NCBI GenBank assembly: GCA_964016885.1
Contig: OZ024740.1
Coordinates: 435,240,001 to 435,304,000, forward strand
Source of the DNA: Eledone cirrhosa
Lineage: Eukaryota
Length of the DNA stretch: 64,000 nt
Direction of reading: 5' to 3'
Below are positions 38,301-53,300 of this stretch, one piece after another. The first letter of the stretch is position 1. Every line of letters begins with the position of its first letter. The notes beneath the pieces are model-generated. The model worked only from the letters and a program-made list of their open reading frames with translations. It was not told where the DNA came from and ran no database searches. A program made the translations under genes and the position numbers.

Positions 38301-41300
38301 CACCAGGTATTGTGTACTTCAGTGTCAAGTAACACCGGGTATTGTGTACTTCAGTGTCAAGTAACACCAGGTATTGTGTAATTCAGTGTCAAGTAACACC
38401 ATGTATTGTGTACTTTAGTGTCATGTAACACCAGGTATTGTGTACTTCAGTGTCAAGTAACACCAGGTATTGTGTACTTTAGTGTCAAGTAACACCAGGT
38501 ATTGTGTACTTTAGTATCAAGTAACACCAGTTATTGTGTACTTCAGTGTCAAGTAACACCGGGTATTGTGTACTTCAGTGTGAAGTAACACCAGGTATTG
38601 TGTACTTCAGTGTCAAGTAACACCAGGTATTGTGTAATTTAGTGTCAAGTAACACCAGGTATTGTGTACTTTAGTATCAAGTAACACCCGGTATTGTGTA
38701 CTTCAGTATCAAGTAACACCAGGTATTGTGTACTTCAGTATCAAGTAACACCAGGTATTGTGTACTTCAGTGTCAAGTAACACCAGGTATTGTGTACTTT
38801 AGTGTCAAGTAACACCAGGTATTGTGTAATTGAGTATCAAGTAACACCAGGTATTGTGTACTTCAGTGTCAAGTAACACCAGGTATTGTGTACTTCAGTG
38901 TCAAGTATTGCTAGGTATTGTGTACTTCAGTGTCAAGTAACACCAGGTATTGTGTACTTTAGTGTCATGTAACACCAGGTATTGTGTCCTTTAGTGTCAT
39001 GTAACACCAGGTATTGTGTACTTTAGTGTCATGTAACACCAGGTATTGTGTACTTTAGTGTCAAGTAACACGAGGTATTGTGTATTTAGTATCAAGTAAA
39101 ACCAGGTATTGTGTACTTTAGTGTCAAGTAACACCAGGTATTGTGTACTTTAGTATCAAGTAATACCAGGTATTGTGTACTTCAGTGTCAAGTAACACCG
39201 GGTATTGTGTACTTCAGTGTCAAGTAACACCAGGTATTGTATACTTTAGTATCAAGTAACACCAGGTATTGTGTACTTTAGTATCAAGTAACACCGGGTA
39301 TTGTGTATTTCAGTGTCAAGCAACACCAGGTATTGTGTACTTCAGTGTCAAGCAACACCAGGTACTGTGTACTTCAGTGTCAAGTAATACCAGGTGTTGT
39401 GTACTTTAGTATCAAGTAACACCAGGTATTGTGTACTTCAGTGTCAAGTAACACCAGGTATTGTGTACTTTAGTGTCATGTAACACCAGGTATTGTGTAC
39501 TTCAGTGTCAAGTAACACCAGGTATTGTTTACTTTAGTGTAAAGTAACACCAGGTATTGTGTACTTTAGTGTCAAGTAACACCAGGTATTGTGTACTTCA
39601 GTGTCAAGTAACACCAGGTATTGTGTACTTTAGTGTCATGTAACACCAGGTATTGTGTACTTCAGTGTCAAGTAACACCAGGTATTGTTTACTTTAGTGT
39701 AAAGTAACACCAGGTATTGTGTACTTTAGTGTCAAGTAACACCAGGTATTGTGTACTTCAGTGTCAAGTAACACCAGGTATTGTGTACTTCAGTGTCAAG
39801 TAACACCAGGTATTGTGTAATTTAGTGTCAAGTTACACCAGGTATTGTGTACTTCAGTGTCAAGTAACACCAGGTATTGTTTACTTTAGTGTCAAGTAAC
39901 ACCAGGTATTGTGTACTTTAGTATCAAGTAACACCAGGTATTTTGTACTTCAGTGTCAAGTAACACCAGGTATTGTGTAATTGAGTATCAAGTAACACCA
40001 GGTATTGTGTACTTCATTGCCAAGTAACACCAGGTATTGTGTACTTCAATGTCAAGTATTGCTAGGTATTGTGTACTTCAGTGTCAAGTAACACCAGGTA
40101 TTGTGTACTTTAGTGTCAAGTAACTCCAGGTATTGTGTATTTAGTATCAAGTAACACCAGGTATAGTGTACTTCAGTGTCAAGTAACACCAGGTATTGTG
40201 TACTTTTGTGTCAAGTAACAACAGGTATTGTGTACTTTAGTATCAAGTAACACCCGGTATCGTGTACTTCAGTGTCAAGTAACACCAGGTATTGTGTACT
40301 TCAGTGTCAAGTAACACCAGGTATTGTGTACTTCAGTGTCATGTAACACTAGGTATTGTGTACTTCAGTGTCAAGTAACACCAGGTATTGTGTACTTCAG
40401 TGTCAAGTAACACCAAGTATTGTGTACTTCAGTGTCAAGTAACACCAAGTATTGTGTACTTCAGTGTCATGTAACACCAGGTATTGTGTACTTCAGTGTC
40501 AAGTAGCACCAGGTATTGTGTACTTCAGTGTCAAGTAACACCAGGTATTGTGTACTTTAGTGACATGTAACACCAGGTATTGTGTACTTTAGTGTCAAGT
40601 AACACCAGGTATTGTTTATTTAGTATCAAGTAACACCAGGTATTGTGTACTTTAGTATCAAGTAACACCAGGTATTGTGTACTTCAGTGTCAATTAACAC
40701 CAGATATTTTGTACTTTAGTGTCAAGTAACACCAGGTATTGTGTACTTTAGTATCAAGTAACACCAGGTATTGTGTACTTCAGTGTCAAGTAACACCGGG
40801 TATTGTGTACTTCAGTGTGAAGTAACACCAGGTATTGTGTAATTTAGTATCAAGTAACACCAGTTATTGTGTACTTCAGTGTCAAGTAACACCGGGTATT
40901 GTGTACTTCAGTGTGAAGTAACACCAGGTATTGTGTACTTCAGTGTCAAGTAACACCAGGTATTGTGTAATTTAGTGTCAAGTAACACCAGGTATTGTGT
41001 ACTTTAGTATCAAGTAACACCCGGTATTGTGTACTTCAGTATCAAGTAACACCAGGTATTGTGTACTTCAGTATCAAGTAACACCAGGTATTGTGTACTT
41101 CAGTGTCAAGTAACCCAGGTATTGTGTACTTTAGTGTCAAGTAACACCAGGTATTGTGTAATTGAGTATCAAGTAACACCAGGTATTGTGTACTTCAGTG
41201 TCAAGTAACACCAGGTATTGTGTACTTCAGTGTCAAGTATTGCTAGGTATTGTGTACTTCAGTGTCAAGTAACAGCAGGTATTGTGTACTTTAGTGTCAT

Positions 41301-44300
41301 GTAACACCAGGTATTGTGTCCTTTAGTGTCATGTAACACCAGGTATTGTGTACTTTAGTGTCATGTAACACCAGGTATTGTGTACTTTAGTGTCAAGTAA
41401 CACCAGGTATTGTGTATTTAGTATCAAGTAAAACCAGGTATTGTGTACTTTAGTGTCAAGTAACACCAGGTATTGTGTACTTTAGTATCAAGTAACACCA
41501 GGTATTGTGTACATCAGTGTCAAGTAACACCGGGTATTGTGTACTTCAGTGTCAAGTAACACCAGGTATTGTATACTTTAGTATCAAGTAACACCGGGTA
41601 TTGTGTATTTCAGTGTCAAGCAACACCAGGTATTGTGTACTTCAGTGTCAAGTAACACCAGGTACTGTGTACTTCAGTGTCAAGTAACACCAGGTGTTGT
41701 GTACTTTAGTGTCATGTAACACCAGGTATTGTGTACTTTAGTATCAAGTAACACCAGGTATTGTGTACTTCAGTGTCAAGTAACACCAGGTATTGTGTAC
41801 TTTAGTGTCATGTAACACCAGGTATTGTGTACTTCAGTGTCAAGTAACACCAGGTATTGTTTACTTTAGTGTCAAGTAACACCAGGTATTGTGTACTTTA
41901 GTGTCAAGTAACACCAGGTATTGTGTACTTCAGTGTCAAGTAACACCAGGTATTGTGTACTTCAGTGTCAAGTAACACCAGGTATTGTGTAATTTAGTGT
42001 CAAGTTACACCAGGTATTGTGTACTTCAGTGTCAAGTAACACCAGGTATTGTTTACTTTAGTGTCAAGTAACACCAGGTATTGTGTACTTTAGTATCAAG
42101 TAACACCAGGTATTTTGTACTTCAGTGTCAAGTAACACCAGGTATTGTGTACTTTAGTATCAAGTAACACCAGGTATTGTGTACTTCAGTGTCAAGTAAC
42201 ACCAGGTATTGTGTACTTCAGTGTCAAGTATTGCTAGGTATTGTGTACTTCAGTGTCAAGTAACACCAGGTATTGTGTATTTAGTATCAAGTAACACCAG
42301 GTATTGTGTAATTTAGTGTCAAGTAACAACAGGTATTGTGTACTTTAGTATCAAGTAACACCCGGTATTGTGTACTTCAGTGTCAAGTAACACCAGGTAT
42401 GGTGTACTTCAGTGTCAAGTAACACCAGGTATTGTGTACTTCAGTGTCAAGTAAAACCAGGTATTGTGTAATTTAGTGTCAAGTAACACCCGGTATTGTG
42501 TACTTCAGTGTCAAGTAACACCAGGTATTGTGTACTTCAGTGTCAAGTAACACCAGGTATTGTGTACTTCAGTGTCAAGTAACACCAGGTATTGTGTACT
42601 TCAGTGTCAAGTAACACCAGGTATTGTGTACTTTAGTGTCATGTAACACCAGGTATTGTGTACTTTAGTGTCAAGTAACACCAGGTATTGTGTATTTAGT
42701 ATCAAGTAACACCAGGTATTGTGTACTTTAGTATCAAGTAACACCAGGTATTGTGTACTTCAGTGTCAATTAACACCAGATATTTTGTACTTTAGTGTCA
42801 AGTAACACCAGGTATTGTGTACTTTAGTATCAAGTAACACCAGGTATTGTGTACTTCAGTGTCAAGTAACACCGGGTATTGTGTACTTCAGTGTGAAGTA
42901 ACACCAGGTATTGTGTAATTTAGTATCAAGTAACACCAGTTATTGTGTACTTCAGTGTCAAGTAACACCGGGTATTGTGTACTTCAGTGTGAAGTAACAC
43001 CAGGTATTGTGTACTTCAGTGTCAAGTAACACCAGGTATTGTGTAATTTAGTGTCAAGTAACACCAGGTATTGTGTACTTTAGTATCAAGTAACACCCGG
43101 TATTGTGTACTTCAGTATCAAGTAACACCAGGTATTGTGTACTTCAGTATCAAGTAACACCAGGTATTGTGTACTTCAGTGTCAAGTAACCCAGGTATTG
43201 TGTACTTTAGTGTCAAGTAACACCAGGTATTGTGTAATTGAGTATCAAGTAACACCAGGTATTGTGTACTTCAGTGTCAAGTAACACCAGGTATTGTGTA
43301 CTTCAGTGTCAAGTATTGCTAGGTATTGTGTACTTCAGTGTCAAGTAACAGCAGGTATTGTGTACTTTAGTGTCATGTAACACCAGGTATTGTGTCCTTT
43401 AGTGTCATGTAACACCAGGTATTGTGTACTTTAGTGTCATGTAACACCAGGTATTGTGTACTTTAGTGTCAAGTAACACCAGGTATTGTGTATTTAGTAT
43501 CAAGTAAAACCAGGTATTGTGTACTTTAGTGTCAAGTAACACCAGGTATTGTGTACTTTAGTATCAAGTAACACCAGGTATTGTGTACATCAGTGTCAAG
43601 TAACACCGGGTATTGTGTACTTCAGTGTCAAGTAACACCAGGTATTGTATACTTTAGTATCAAGTAACACCGGGTATTGTGTATTTCAGTGTCAAGCAAC
43701 ACCAGGTATTGTGTACTTCAGTGTCAAGTAACACCAGGTACTGTGTACTTCAGTGTCAAGTAACACCAGGTGTTGTGTACTTTAGTGTCATGTAACACCA
43801 GGTATTGTGTACTTTAGTATCAAGTAACACCAGGTATTGTGTACTTCAGTGTCAAGTAACACCAGGTATTGTGTACTTTAGTGTCATGTAACACCAGGTA
43901 TTGTGTACTTCAGTGTCAAGTAACACCAGGTATTGTTTACTTTAGTGTCAAGTAACACCAGGTATTGTGTACTTTAGTGTCAAGTAACACCAGGTATTGT
44001 GTACTTCAGTGTCAAGTAACACCAGGTATTGTGTACTTCAGTGTCAAGTAACACCAGGTATTGTGTAATTTAGTGTCAAGTTACACCAGGTATTGTGTAC
44101 TTCAGTGTCAAGTAACACCAGGTATTGTTTACTTTAGTGTCAAGTAACACCAGGTATTGTGTACTTTAGTATCAAGTAACACCAGGTATTTTGTACTTCA
44201 GTGTCAAGTAACACCAGGTATTGTGTACTTTAGTATCAAGTAACACCAGGTATTGTGTACTTCAGTGTCAAGTAACACCAGGTATTGTGTACTTCAGTGT

Positions 44301-47300
44301 CAAGTATTGCTAGGTATTGTGTACTTCAGTGTCAAGTAACACCAGGTATTGTGTATTTAGTATCAAGTAACACCAGGTATTGTGTAATTTAGTGTCAAGT
44401 AACAACAGGTATTGTGTACTTTAGTATCAAGTAACACCCGGTATTGTGTACTTCAGTGTCAAGTAACACCAGGTATGGTGTACTTCAGTGTCAAGTAACA
44501 CCAGGTATTGTGTACTTCAGTGTCAAGTAACACCAGGTATTGTGTAATTTAGTGTCAAGTAACACCCGGTATTGTGTACTTCAGTGTCAAGTAACACCAG
44601 GTATTGTGTACTTCAGTGTCAAGTAACACCAGGTATTGTGTACTTCAGTGTCAAGTAACACCAGGTATTGTGTACTTCAGTGTCAAGTAACACCAGGTAT
44701 TGTGTACTTTAGTGTCATGTAACACCAGGTATTGTGTACTTTAGTGTCAAGTAACACCAGGTATTGTGTATTTAGTATCAAGTAACACCAGGTATTGTGT
44801 ACTTTAGTATCAAGTAACACCAGGTATTGTGTACTTCAGTGTCAATTAACACCAGATATTTTGTACTTTAGTGTCAAGTAACACCAGGTATTGTGTACTT
44901 TAGTATCAAGTAACACCAGGTATTGTGTACTTCAGTGTCAAGTAACACCGGGTATTGTGTACTTCAGTGTGAAGTAACACCAGGTATTGTGTAATTTAGT
45001 ATCAAGTAACACCAGTTATTGTGTACTTCAGTGTCAAGTAACACCGGGTATTGTGTACTTCAGTGTGAAGTAACACCAGGTATTGTGTACTTCAGTGTCA
45101 AGTAACACCAGGTATTGTGTAATTTAGTGTCAAGTAACACCAGGTATTGTGTACTTTAGTATCAAGTAACACCCGGTATTGTGTACTTCAGTATCAAGTA
45201 ACACCAGGTATTGTGTACTTCAGTATCAAGTAACACCAGGTATTGTGTACTTCAGTGTCAAGTAACACCAGGTATTGTGTACTTTAGTGTCAAGTAACAC
45301 CAGGTATTGTGTAATTGAGTATCAAGTAACACCAGGTATTGTGTACTTCAGTGTCAAGTAACACCAGGTATTGTGTACTTCAGTGTCAAGTATTGCTAGG
45401 TATTGTGTACTTCAGTGTCAAGTAACAGCAGGTATTGTGTACTTTAGTGTCATGTAACACCAGGTATTGTGTCCTTTAGTGTCATGTAACACCAGGTATT
45501 GTGTACTTTAGTGTCATGTAACACCAGGTATTGTGTACTTTAGTGTCAAGTAACACCAGGTATTGTGTATTTAGTATCAAGTAAAACCAGGTATTGTGTA
45601 CTTTAGTGTCAAGTAACACCAGGTATTGTGTACTTTAGTATCAAGTAACACCAGGTATTGTGTACATCAGTGTCAAGTAACACCGGGTATTGTGTACTTC
45701 AGTGTCAAGTAACACCAGGTATTGTATACTTTAGTATCAAGTAACACCGGGTATTGTGTATTTCAGTGTCAAGCAACACCAGGTATTGTGTACTTCAGTG
45801 TCAAGTAACACCAGGTACTGTGTACTTCAGTGTCAAGTAACACCAGGTGTTGTGTACTTTAGTGTCATGTAACACCAGGTATTGTGTACTTTAGTATCAA
45901 GTAACACCAGGTATTGTGTACTTCAGTGTCAAGTAACACCAGGTATTGTGTACTTTAGTGTCATGTAACACCAGGTATTGTGTACTTCAGTGTCAAGTAA
46001 CACCAGGTATTGTTTACTTTAGTGTCAAGTAACACCAGGTATTGTGTACTTTAGTGTCAAGTAACACCAGGTATTGTGTACTTCAGTGTCAAGTAACACC
46101 AGGTATTGTGTACTTCAGTGTCAAGTAACACCAGGTATTGTGTAATTTAGTGTCAAGTTACACCAGGTATTGTGTACTTCAGTGTCAATAACACCAGGTA
46201 TTGTTTACTTTAGTGTCAAGTAACACCAGGTATTGTGTACTTTAGTATCAAGTAACACCAGATATTTTGTACTTCAGTGTCAAGTAACACCAGGTATTGT
46301 GTACTTTAGTATCAAGTAACACCAGGTATTGTGTACTTCAGTGTCAAGTAACACCAGGTATTGTGTACTTCAGTGTCAAGTATTGCTAGGTATTGTGTAC
46401 TTCAGTGTCAAGTAACACCAGGTATTGTGTATTTAGTATCAAGTAACACCAGGTATTGTGTAATTTAGTGTCAAGTAACACCAGGTATTGTGTACTTTAG
46501 TGTCAAGTAACACCGGGTATTGTGTATTTCAGTGTCAAGTAACACCAGGTATTGTGTACTTCAGTGTCAAGTAACACCAGTTATTGTGTACTTCAGTGTC
46601 AAGTAACACCGGGTATTGTGTACTTCAGTGTGAAGTAACACCAGGTATTGTGTACTTCAGTGTCAAGTAACACCAGGTATTGTGTAATTTAGTGTCAAGT
46701 AACACCAGGTATTGTGTACTTTAGTATCAAGTAACACCCGGTATTGTGTACTTCAGTATCAAGTAACACCAGGTATTGTGTACTTCAGTATCAAGTAACA
46801 CCAGGTATTGTGTACTTCAGTGTCAAGTAACCCAGGTATTGTGTACTTTAGTGTCAAGTAACACCAGGTATTGTGTAATTGAGTATCAAGTAACACCAGG
46901 TATTGTGTACTTCAGTGTCAAGTAACACCAGGTATTGTGTACTTCAGTGTCAAGTATTGCTAGGTATTGTGTACTTCAGTGTCAAGTAACAGCAGGTATT
47001 GTGTACTTTAGTGTCATGTAACACCAGGTATTGTGTCCTTTAGTGTCATGTAACACCAGGTATTGTGTACTTTAGTGTCATGTAACACCAGGTATTGTGT
47101 ACTTTAGTGTCAAGTAACACCAGGTATTGTGTATTTAGTATCAAGTAAAACCAGGTATTGTGTACTTTAGTGTCAAGTAACACCAGGTATTGTGTACTTT
47201 AGTATCAAGTAACACCAGGTATTGTGTACATCAGTGTCAAGTAACACCGGGTATTGTGTACTTCAGTGTCAAGTAACACCAGGTATTGTATACTTTAGTA

Positions 47301-50300
47301 TCAAGTAACACCGGGTATTGTGTATTTCAGTGTCAAGCAACACCAGGTATTGTGTACTTCAGTGTCAAGTAACACCAGGTACTGTGTACTTCAGTGTCAA
47401 GTAACACCAGGTGTTGTGTACTTTAGTGTCATGTAACACCAGGTATTGTGTACTTTAGTATCAAGTAACACCAGGTATTGTGTACTTCAGTGTCAAGTAA
47501 CACCAGGTATTGTGTACTTTAGTGTCATGTAACACCAGGTATTGTGTACTTCAGTGTCAAGTAACACCAGGTATTGTTTACTTTAGTGTCAAGTAACACC
47601 AGGTATTGTGTACTTTAGTGTCAAGTAACACCAGGTATTGTGTACTTCAGTGTCAAGTAACACCAGGTATTGTGTACTTCAGTGTCAAGTAACACCAGGT
47701 ATTGTGTAATTTAGTGTCAAGTTACACCAGGTATTGTGTACTTCAGTGTCAAGTAACACCAGGTATTGTTTACTTTAGTGTCAAGTAACACCAGGTATTG
47801 TGTACTTTAGTATCAAGTAACACCAGGTATTTTGTACTTCAGTGTCAAGTAACACCAGGTATTGTGTACTTTAGTATCAAGTAACACCAGGTATTGTGTA
47901 CTTCAGTGTCAAGTAACACCAGGTATTGTGTACTTCAGTGTCAAGTATTGCTAGGTATTGTGTACTTCAGTGTCAAGTAACACCAGGTATTGTGTATTTA
48001 GTATCAAGTAACACCAGGTATTGTGTAATTTAGTGTCAAGTAACAACAGGTATTGTGTACTTTAGTATCAAGTAACACCCGGTATTGTGTACTTCAGTGT
48101 CAAGTAACACCAGGTATGGTGTACTTCAGTGTCAAGTAACACCAGGTATTGTGTACTTCAGTGTCAAGTAAAACCAGGTATTGTGTAATTTAGTGTCAAG
48201 TAACACCCGGTATTGTGTACTTCAGTGTCAAGTAACACCAGGTATTGTGTACTTCAGTGTCAAGTAACACCAGGTATTGTGTACTTCAGTGTCAAGTAAC
48301 ACCAGGTATTGTGTACTTCAGTGTCAAGTAACACCAGGTATTGTGTACTTTAGTGTCATGTAACACCAGGTATTGTGTACTTTAGTGTCAAGTAACACCA
48401 GGTATTGTGTATTTAGTATCAAGTAACACCAGGTATTGTGTACTTTAGTATCAAGTAACACCAGGTATTGTGTACTTCAGTGTCAATTAACACCAGATAT
48501 TTTGTACTTTAGTGTCAAGTAACACCAGGTATTGTGTACTTTAGTATCAAGTAACACCAGGTATTGTGTACTTCAGTGTCAAGTAACACCGGGTATTGTG
48601 TACTTCAGTGTGAAGTAACACCAGGTATTGTGTAATTTAGTATCAAGTAACACCAGTTATTGTGTACTTCAGTGTCAAGTAACACCGGGTATTGTGTACT
48701 TCAGTGTGAAGTAACACCAGGTATTGTGTACTTCAGTGTCAAGTAACACCAGGTATTGTGTAATTTAGTGTCAAGTAACACCAGGTATTGTGTACTTTAG
48801 TATCAAGTAACACCCGGTATTGTGTACTTCAGTATCAAGTAACACCAGGTATTGTGTACTTCAGTATCAAGTAACACCAGGTATTGTGTACTTCAGTGTC
48901 AAGTAACCCAGGTATTGTGTACTTTAGTGTCAAGTAACACCAGGTATTGTGTAATTGAGTATCAAGTAACACCAGGTATTGTGTACTTCAGTGTCAAGTA
49001 ACACCAGGTATTGTGTACTTCAGTGTCAAGTATTGCTAGGTATTGTGTACTTCAGTGTCAAGTAACAGCAGGTATTGTGTACTTTAGTGTCATGTAACAC
49101 CAGGTATTGTGTCCTTTAGTGTCATGTAACACCAGGTATTGTGTACTTTAGTGTCATGTAACACCAGGTATTGTGTACTTTAGTGTCAAGTAACACCAGG
49201 TATTGTGTATTTAGTATCAAGTAAAACCAGGTATTGTGTACTTTAGTGTCAAGTAACACCAGGTATTGTGTACTTTAGTATCAAGTAACACCAGGTATTG
49301 TGTACATCAGTGTCAAGTAACACCGGGTATTGTGTACTTCAGTGTCAAGTAACACCAGGTATTGTATACTTTAGTATCAAGTAACACCGGGTATTGTGTA
49401 TTTCAGTGTCAAGCAACACCAGGTATTGTGTACTTCAGTGTCAAGTAACACCAGGTACTGTGTACTTCAGTGTCAAGTAACACCAGGTGTTGTGTACTTT
49501 AGTGTCATGTAACACCAGGTATTGTGTACTTTAGTATCAAGTAACACCAGGTATTGTGTACTTCAGTGTCAAGTAACACCAGGTATTGTGTACTTTAGTG
49601 TCATGTAACACCAGGTATTGTGTACTTCAGTGTCAAGTAACACCAGGTATTGTTTACTTTAGTGTCAAGTAACACCAGGTATTGTGTACTTTAGTGTCAA
49701 GTAACACCAGGTATTGTGTACTTCAGTGTCAAGTAACACCAGGTATTGTGTACTTCAGTGTCAAGTAACACCAGGTATTGTGTAATTTAGTGTCAAGTTA
49801 CACCAGGTATTGTGTACTTCAGTGTCAAGTAACACCAGGTATTGTTTACTTTAGTGTCAAGTAACACCAGGTATTGTGTACTTTAGTATCAAGTAACACC
49901 AGGTATTTTGTACTTCAGTGTCAAGTAACACCAGGTATTGTGTACTTTAGTATCAAGTAACACCAGGTATTGTGTACTTCAGTGTCAAGTAACACCAGGT
50001 ATTGTGTACTTCAGTGTCAAGTATTGCTAGGTATTGTGTACTTCAGTGTCAAGTAACACCAGGTATTGTGTATTTAGTATCAAGTAACACCAGGTATTGT
50101 GTAATTTAGTGTCAAGTAACAACAGGTATTGTGTACTTTAGTATCAAGTAACACCCGGTATTGTGTACTTCAGTGTCAAGTAACACCAGGTATGGTGTAC
50201 TTCAGTGTCAAGTAACACCAGGTATTGTGTACTTCAGTGTCAAGTAACACCAGGTATTGTGTAATTTAGTGTCAAGTAACACCCGGTATTGTGTACTTCA

Positions 50301-53300
50301 GTGTCAAGTAACACCAGGTATTGTGTACTTCAGTGTCAAGTAACACCAGGTATTGTGTACTTCAGTGTCAAGTAACACCAGGTATTGTGTACTTCAGTGT
50401 CAAGTAACACCAGGTATTGTGTACTTTAGTGTCATGTAACACCAGGTATTGTGTACTTTAGTGTCAAGTAACACCAGGTATTGTGTATTTAGTATCAAGT
50501 AACACCAGGTATTGTGTACTTTAGTATCAAGTAACACCAGGTATTGTGTACTTCAGTGTCAATTAACACCAGATATTTTGTACTTTAGTGTCAAGTAACA
50601 CCAGGTATTGTGTACTTTAGTATCAAGTAACACCAGGTATTGTGTACTTCAGTGTCAAGTAACACCGGGTATTGTGTACTTCAGTGTGAAGTAACACCAG
50701 GTATTGTGTAATTTAGTATCAAGTAACACCAGTTATTGTGTACTTCAGTGTCAAGTAACACCGGGTATTGTGTACTTCAGTGTGAAGTAACACCAGGTAT
50801 TGTGTACTTCAGTGTCAAGTAACACCAGGTATTGTGTAATTTAGTGTCAAGTAACACCAGGTATTGTGTACTTTAGTATCAAGTAACACCCGGTATTGTG
50901 TACTTCAGTATCAAGTAACACCAGGTATTGTGTACTTCAGTATCAAGTAACACCAGGTATTGTGTACTTCAGTGTCAAGTAACACCAGGTATTGTGTACT
51001 TTAGTGTCAAGTAACACCAGGTATTGTGTAATTGAGTATCAAGTAACACCAGGTATTGTGTACTTCAGTGTCAAGTAACACCAGGTATTGTGTACTTCAG
51101 TGTCAAGTATTGCTAGGTATTGTGTACTTCAGTGTCAAGTAACAGCAGGTATTGTGTACTTTAGTGTCATGTAACACCAGGTATTGTGTCCTTTAGTGTC
51201 ATGTAACACCAGGTATTGTGTACTTTAGTGTCATGTAACACCAGGTATTGTGTACTTTAGTGTCAAGTAACACCAGGTATTGTGTATTTAGTATCAAGTA
51301 AAACCAGGTATTGTGTACTTTAGTGTCAAGTAACACCAGGTATTGTGTACTTTAGTATCAAGTAACACCAGGTATTGTGTACATCAGTGTCAAGTAACAC
51401 CGGGTATTGTGTACTTCAGTGTCAAGTAACACCAGGTATTGTATACTTTAGTATCAAGTAACACCGGGTATTGTGTATTTCAGTGTCAAGCAACACCAGG
51501 TATTGTGTACTTCAGTGTCAAGTAACACCAGGTACTGTGTACTTCAGTGTCAAGTAACACCAGGTGTTGTGTACTTTAGTGTCATGTAACACCAGGTATT
51601 GTGTACTTTAGTATCAAGTAACACCAGGTATTGTGTACTTCAGTGTCAAGTAACACCAGGTATTGTGTACTTTAGTGTCATGTAACACCAGGTATTGTGT
51701 ACTTCAGTGTCAAGTAACACCAGGTATTGTTTACTTTAGTGTCAAGTAACACCAGGTATTGTGTACTTTAGTGTCAAGTAACACCAGGTATTGTGTACTT
51801 CAGTGTCAAGTAACACCAGGTATTGTGTACTTCAGTGTCAAGTAACACCAGGTATTGTGTAATTTAGTGTCAAGTTACACCAGGTATTGTGTACTTCAGT
51901 GTCAATAACACCAGGTATTGTTTACTTTAGTGTCAAGTAACACCAGGTATTGTGTACTTTAGTATCAAGTAACACCAGATATTTTGTACTTCAGTGTCAA
52001 GTAACACCAGGTATTGTGTACTTTAGTATCAAGTAACACCAGGTATTGTGTACTTCAGTGTCAAGTAACACCAGGTATTGTGTACTTCAGTGTCAAGTAT
52101 TGCTAGGTATTGTGTACTTCAGTGTCAAGTAACACCAGGTATTGTGTATTTAGTATCAAGTAACACCAGGTATTGTGTAATTTAGTGTCAAGTAACAACA
52201 GGTATTGTGTACTTTCGTATCAAGTAACACCCGGTATTGTGTACTTCAGTGTCAAGTAACACCAGGTATGGTGTACTTCAGTGTCAAGTAACACCAGGTA
52301 TTGTGTACTTCAGTGTCAAGTAACACCAGGTATTGTGTAATTTAGTGTCAAGTAACACCCGGTATTGTGTACTTCAGTGTCAAGTAACACCAGGTATTGT
52401 GTACTTCAGTGTCAAGTAACACCAGGTATTGTGTACTTTAGTATCAAGTAACACCAGGTAGTGTGTACTTCAGTATCAAGTAACACCAGGTATTGTGTAC
52501 TTCAGTATCAAGTAACACCAGGTATTGTGTACTTCAGTGTCAAGTAACACCCGGTATTGTGTACTTCAGTGTCAAGTAACACCAGGTATTGTGTACTTTA
52601 GTGTCAAGTAACACCAGGTATTGTGTAATTGAGTATCAAGTAACACCAGGTATTGTGTACTTCAGTGTCAAGTAACACCAGGTATTGTGTACTTCAGTGT
52701 CAAGTATTGCTAGGTATTGTGTACTTCAGTGTCAAGTAACACCAGGTATTGTGTACTTCAGTGTTAAGTAACACCAGGTATTATGTACTTCAGTGTCATG
52801 TAACACCAGGTATTGTGTACTTCAGTGTCAAGTAACACCAGGTATTGTGTACTTCAGTGTCATGTAACACCAGGTATTGTGTACTTCAGTGTCAAGTAAC
52901 ACCGGGTATTGTGTACTTCAGTGTGAAGTAACACCAGGTATTGTGTACTTCAGTGTCAAGTAACACCAGGTATTGTGTACTTTAGTGTCAAGTAACACCG
53001 GGTATTGTGTATTTCAGTGTCAAGTAACACCAGGTATTGTGTACTTCAGTGTCAAGTAACACCAGGTATTGTGTACTTCAGTGTCAAGTAACTCCAGGTA
53101 TTGTGTATTTCAGTATCAAGTAACACCAGATATTGTGTACTTCAGTATCAACTAACACCACGTATTGTGTACTTTAGTGTCAAGTAACACCAGGTATTGT
53201 GTACTTCAGTGTCAAGTAACACCATGTATTGTGTACTTCAGTGTCAAGTAACACCAGGTATTGTGTACTTCAGTGTCAAGTAACACCAGGTATTGTGTAC

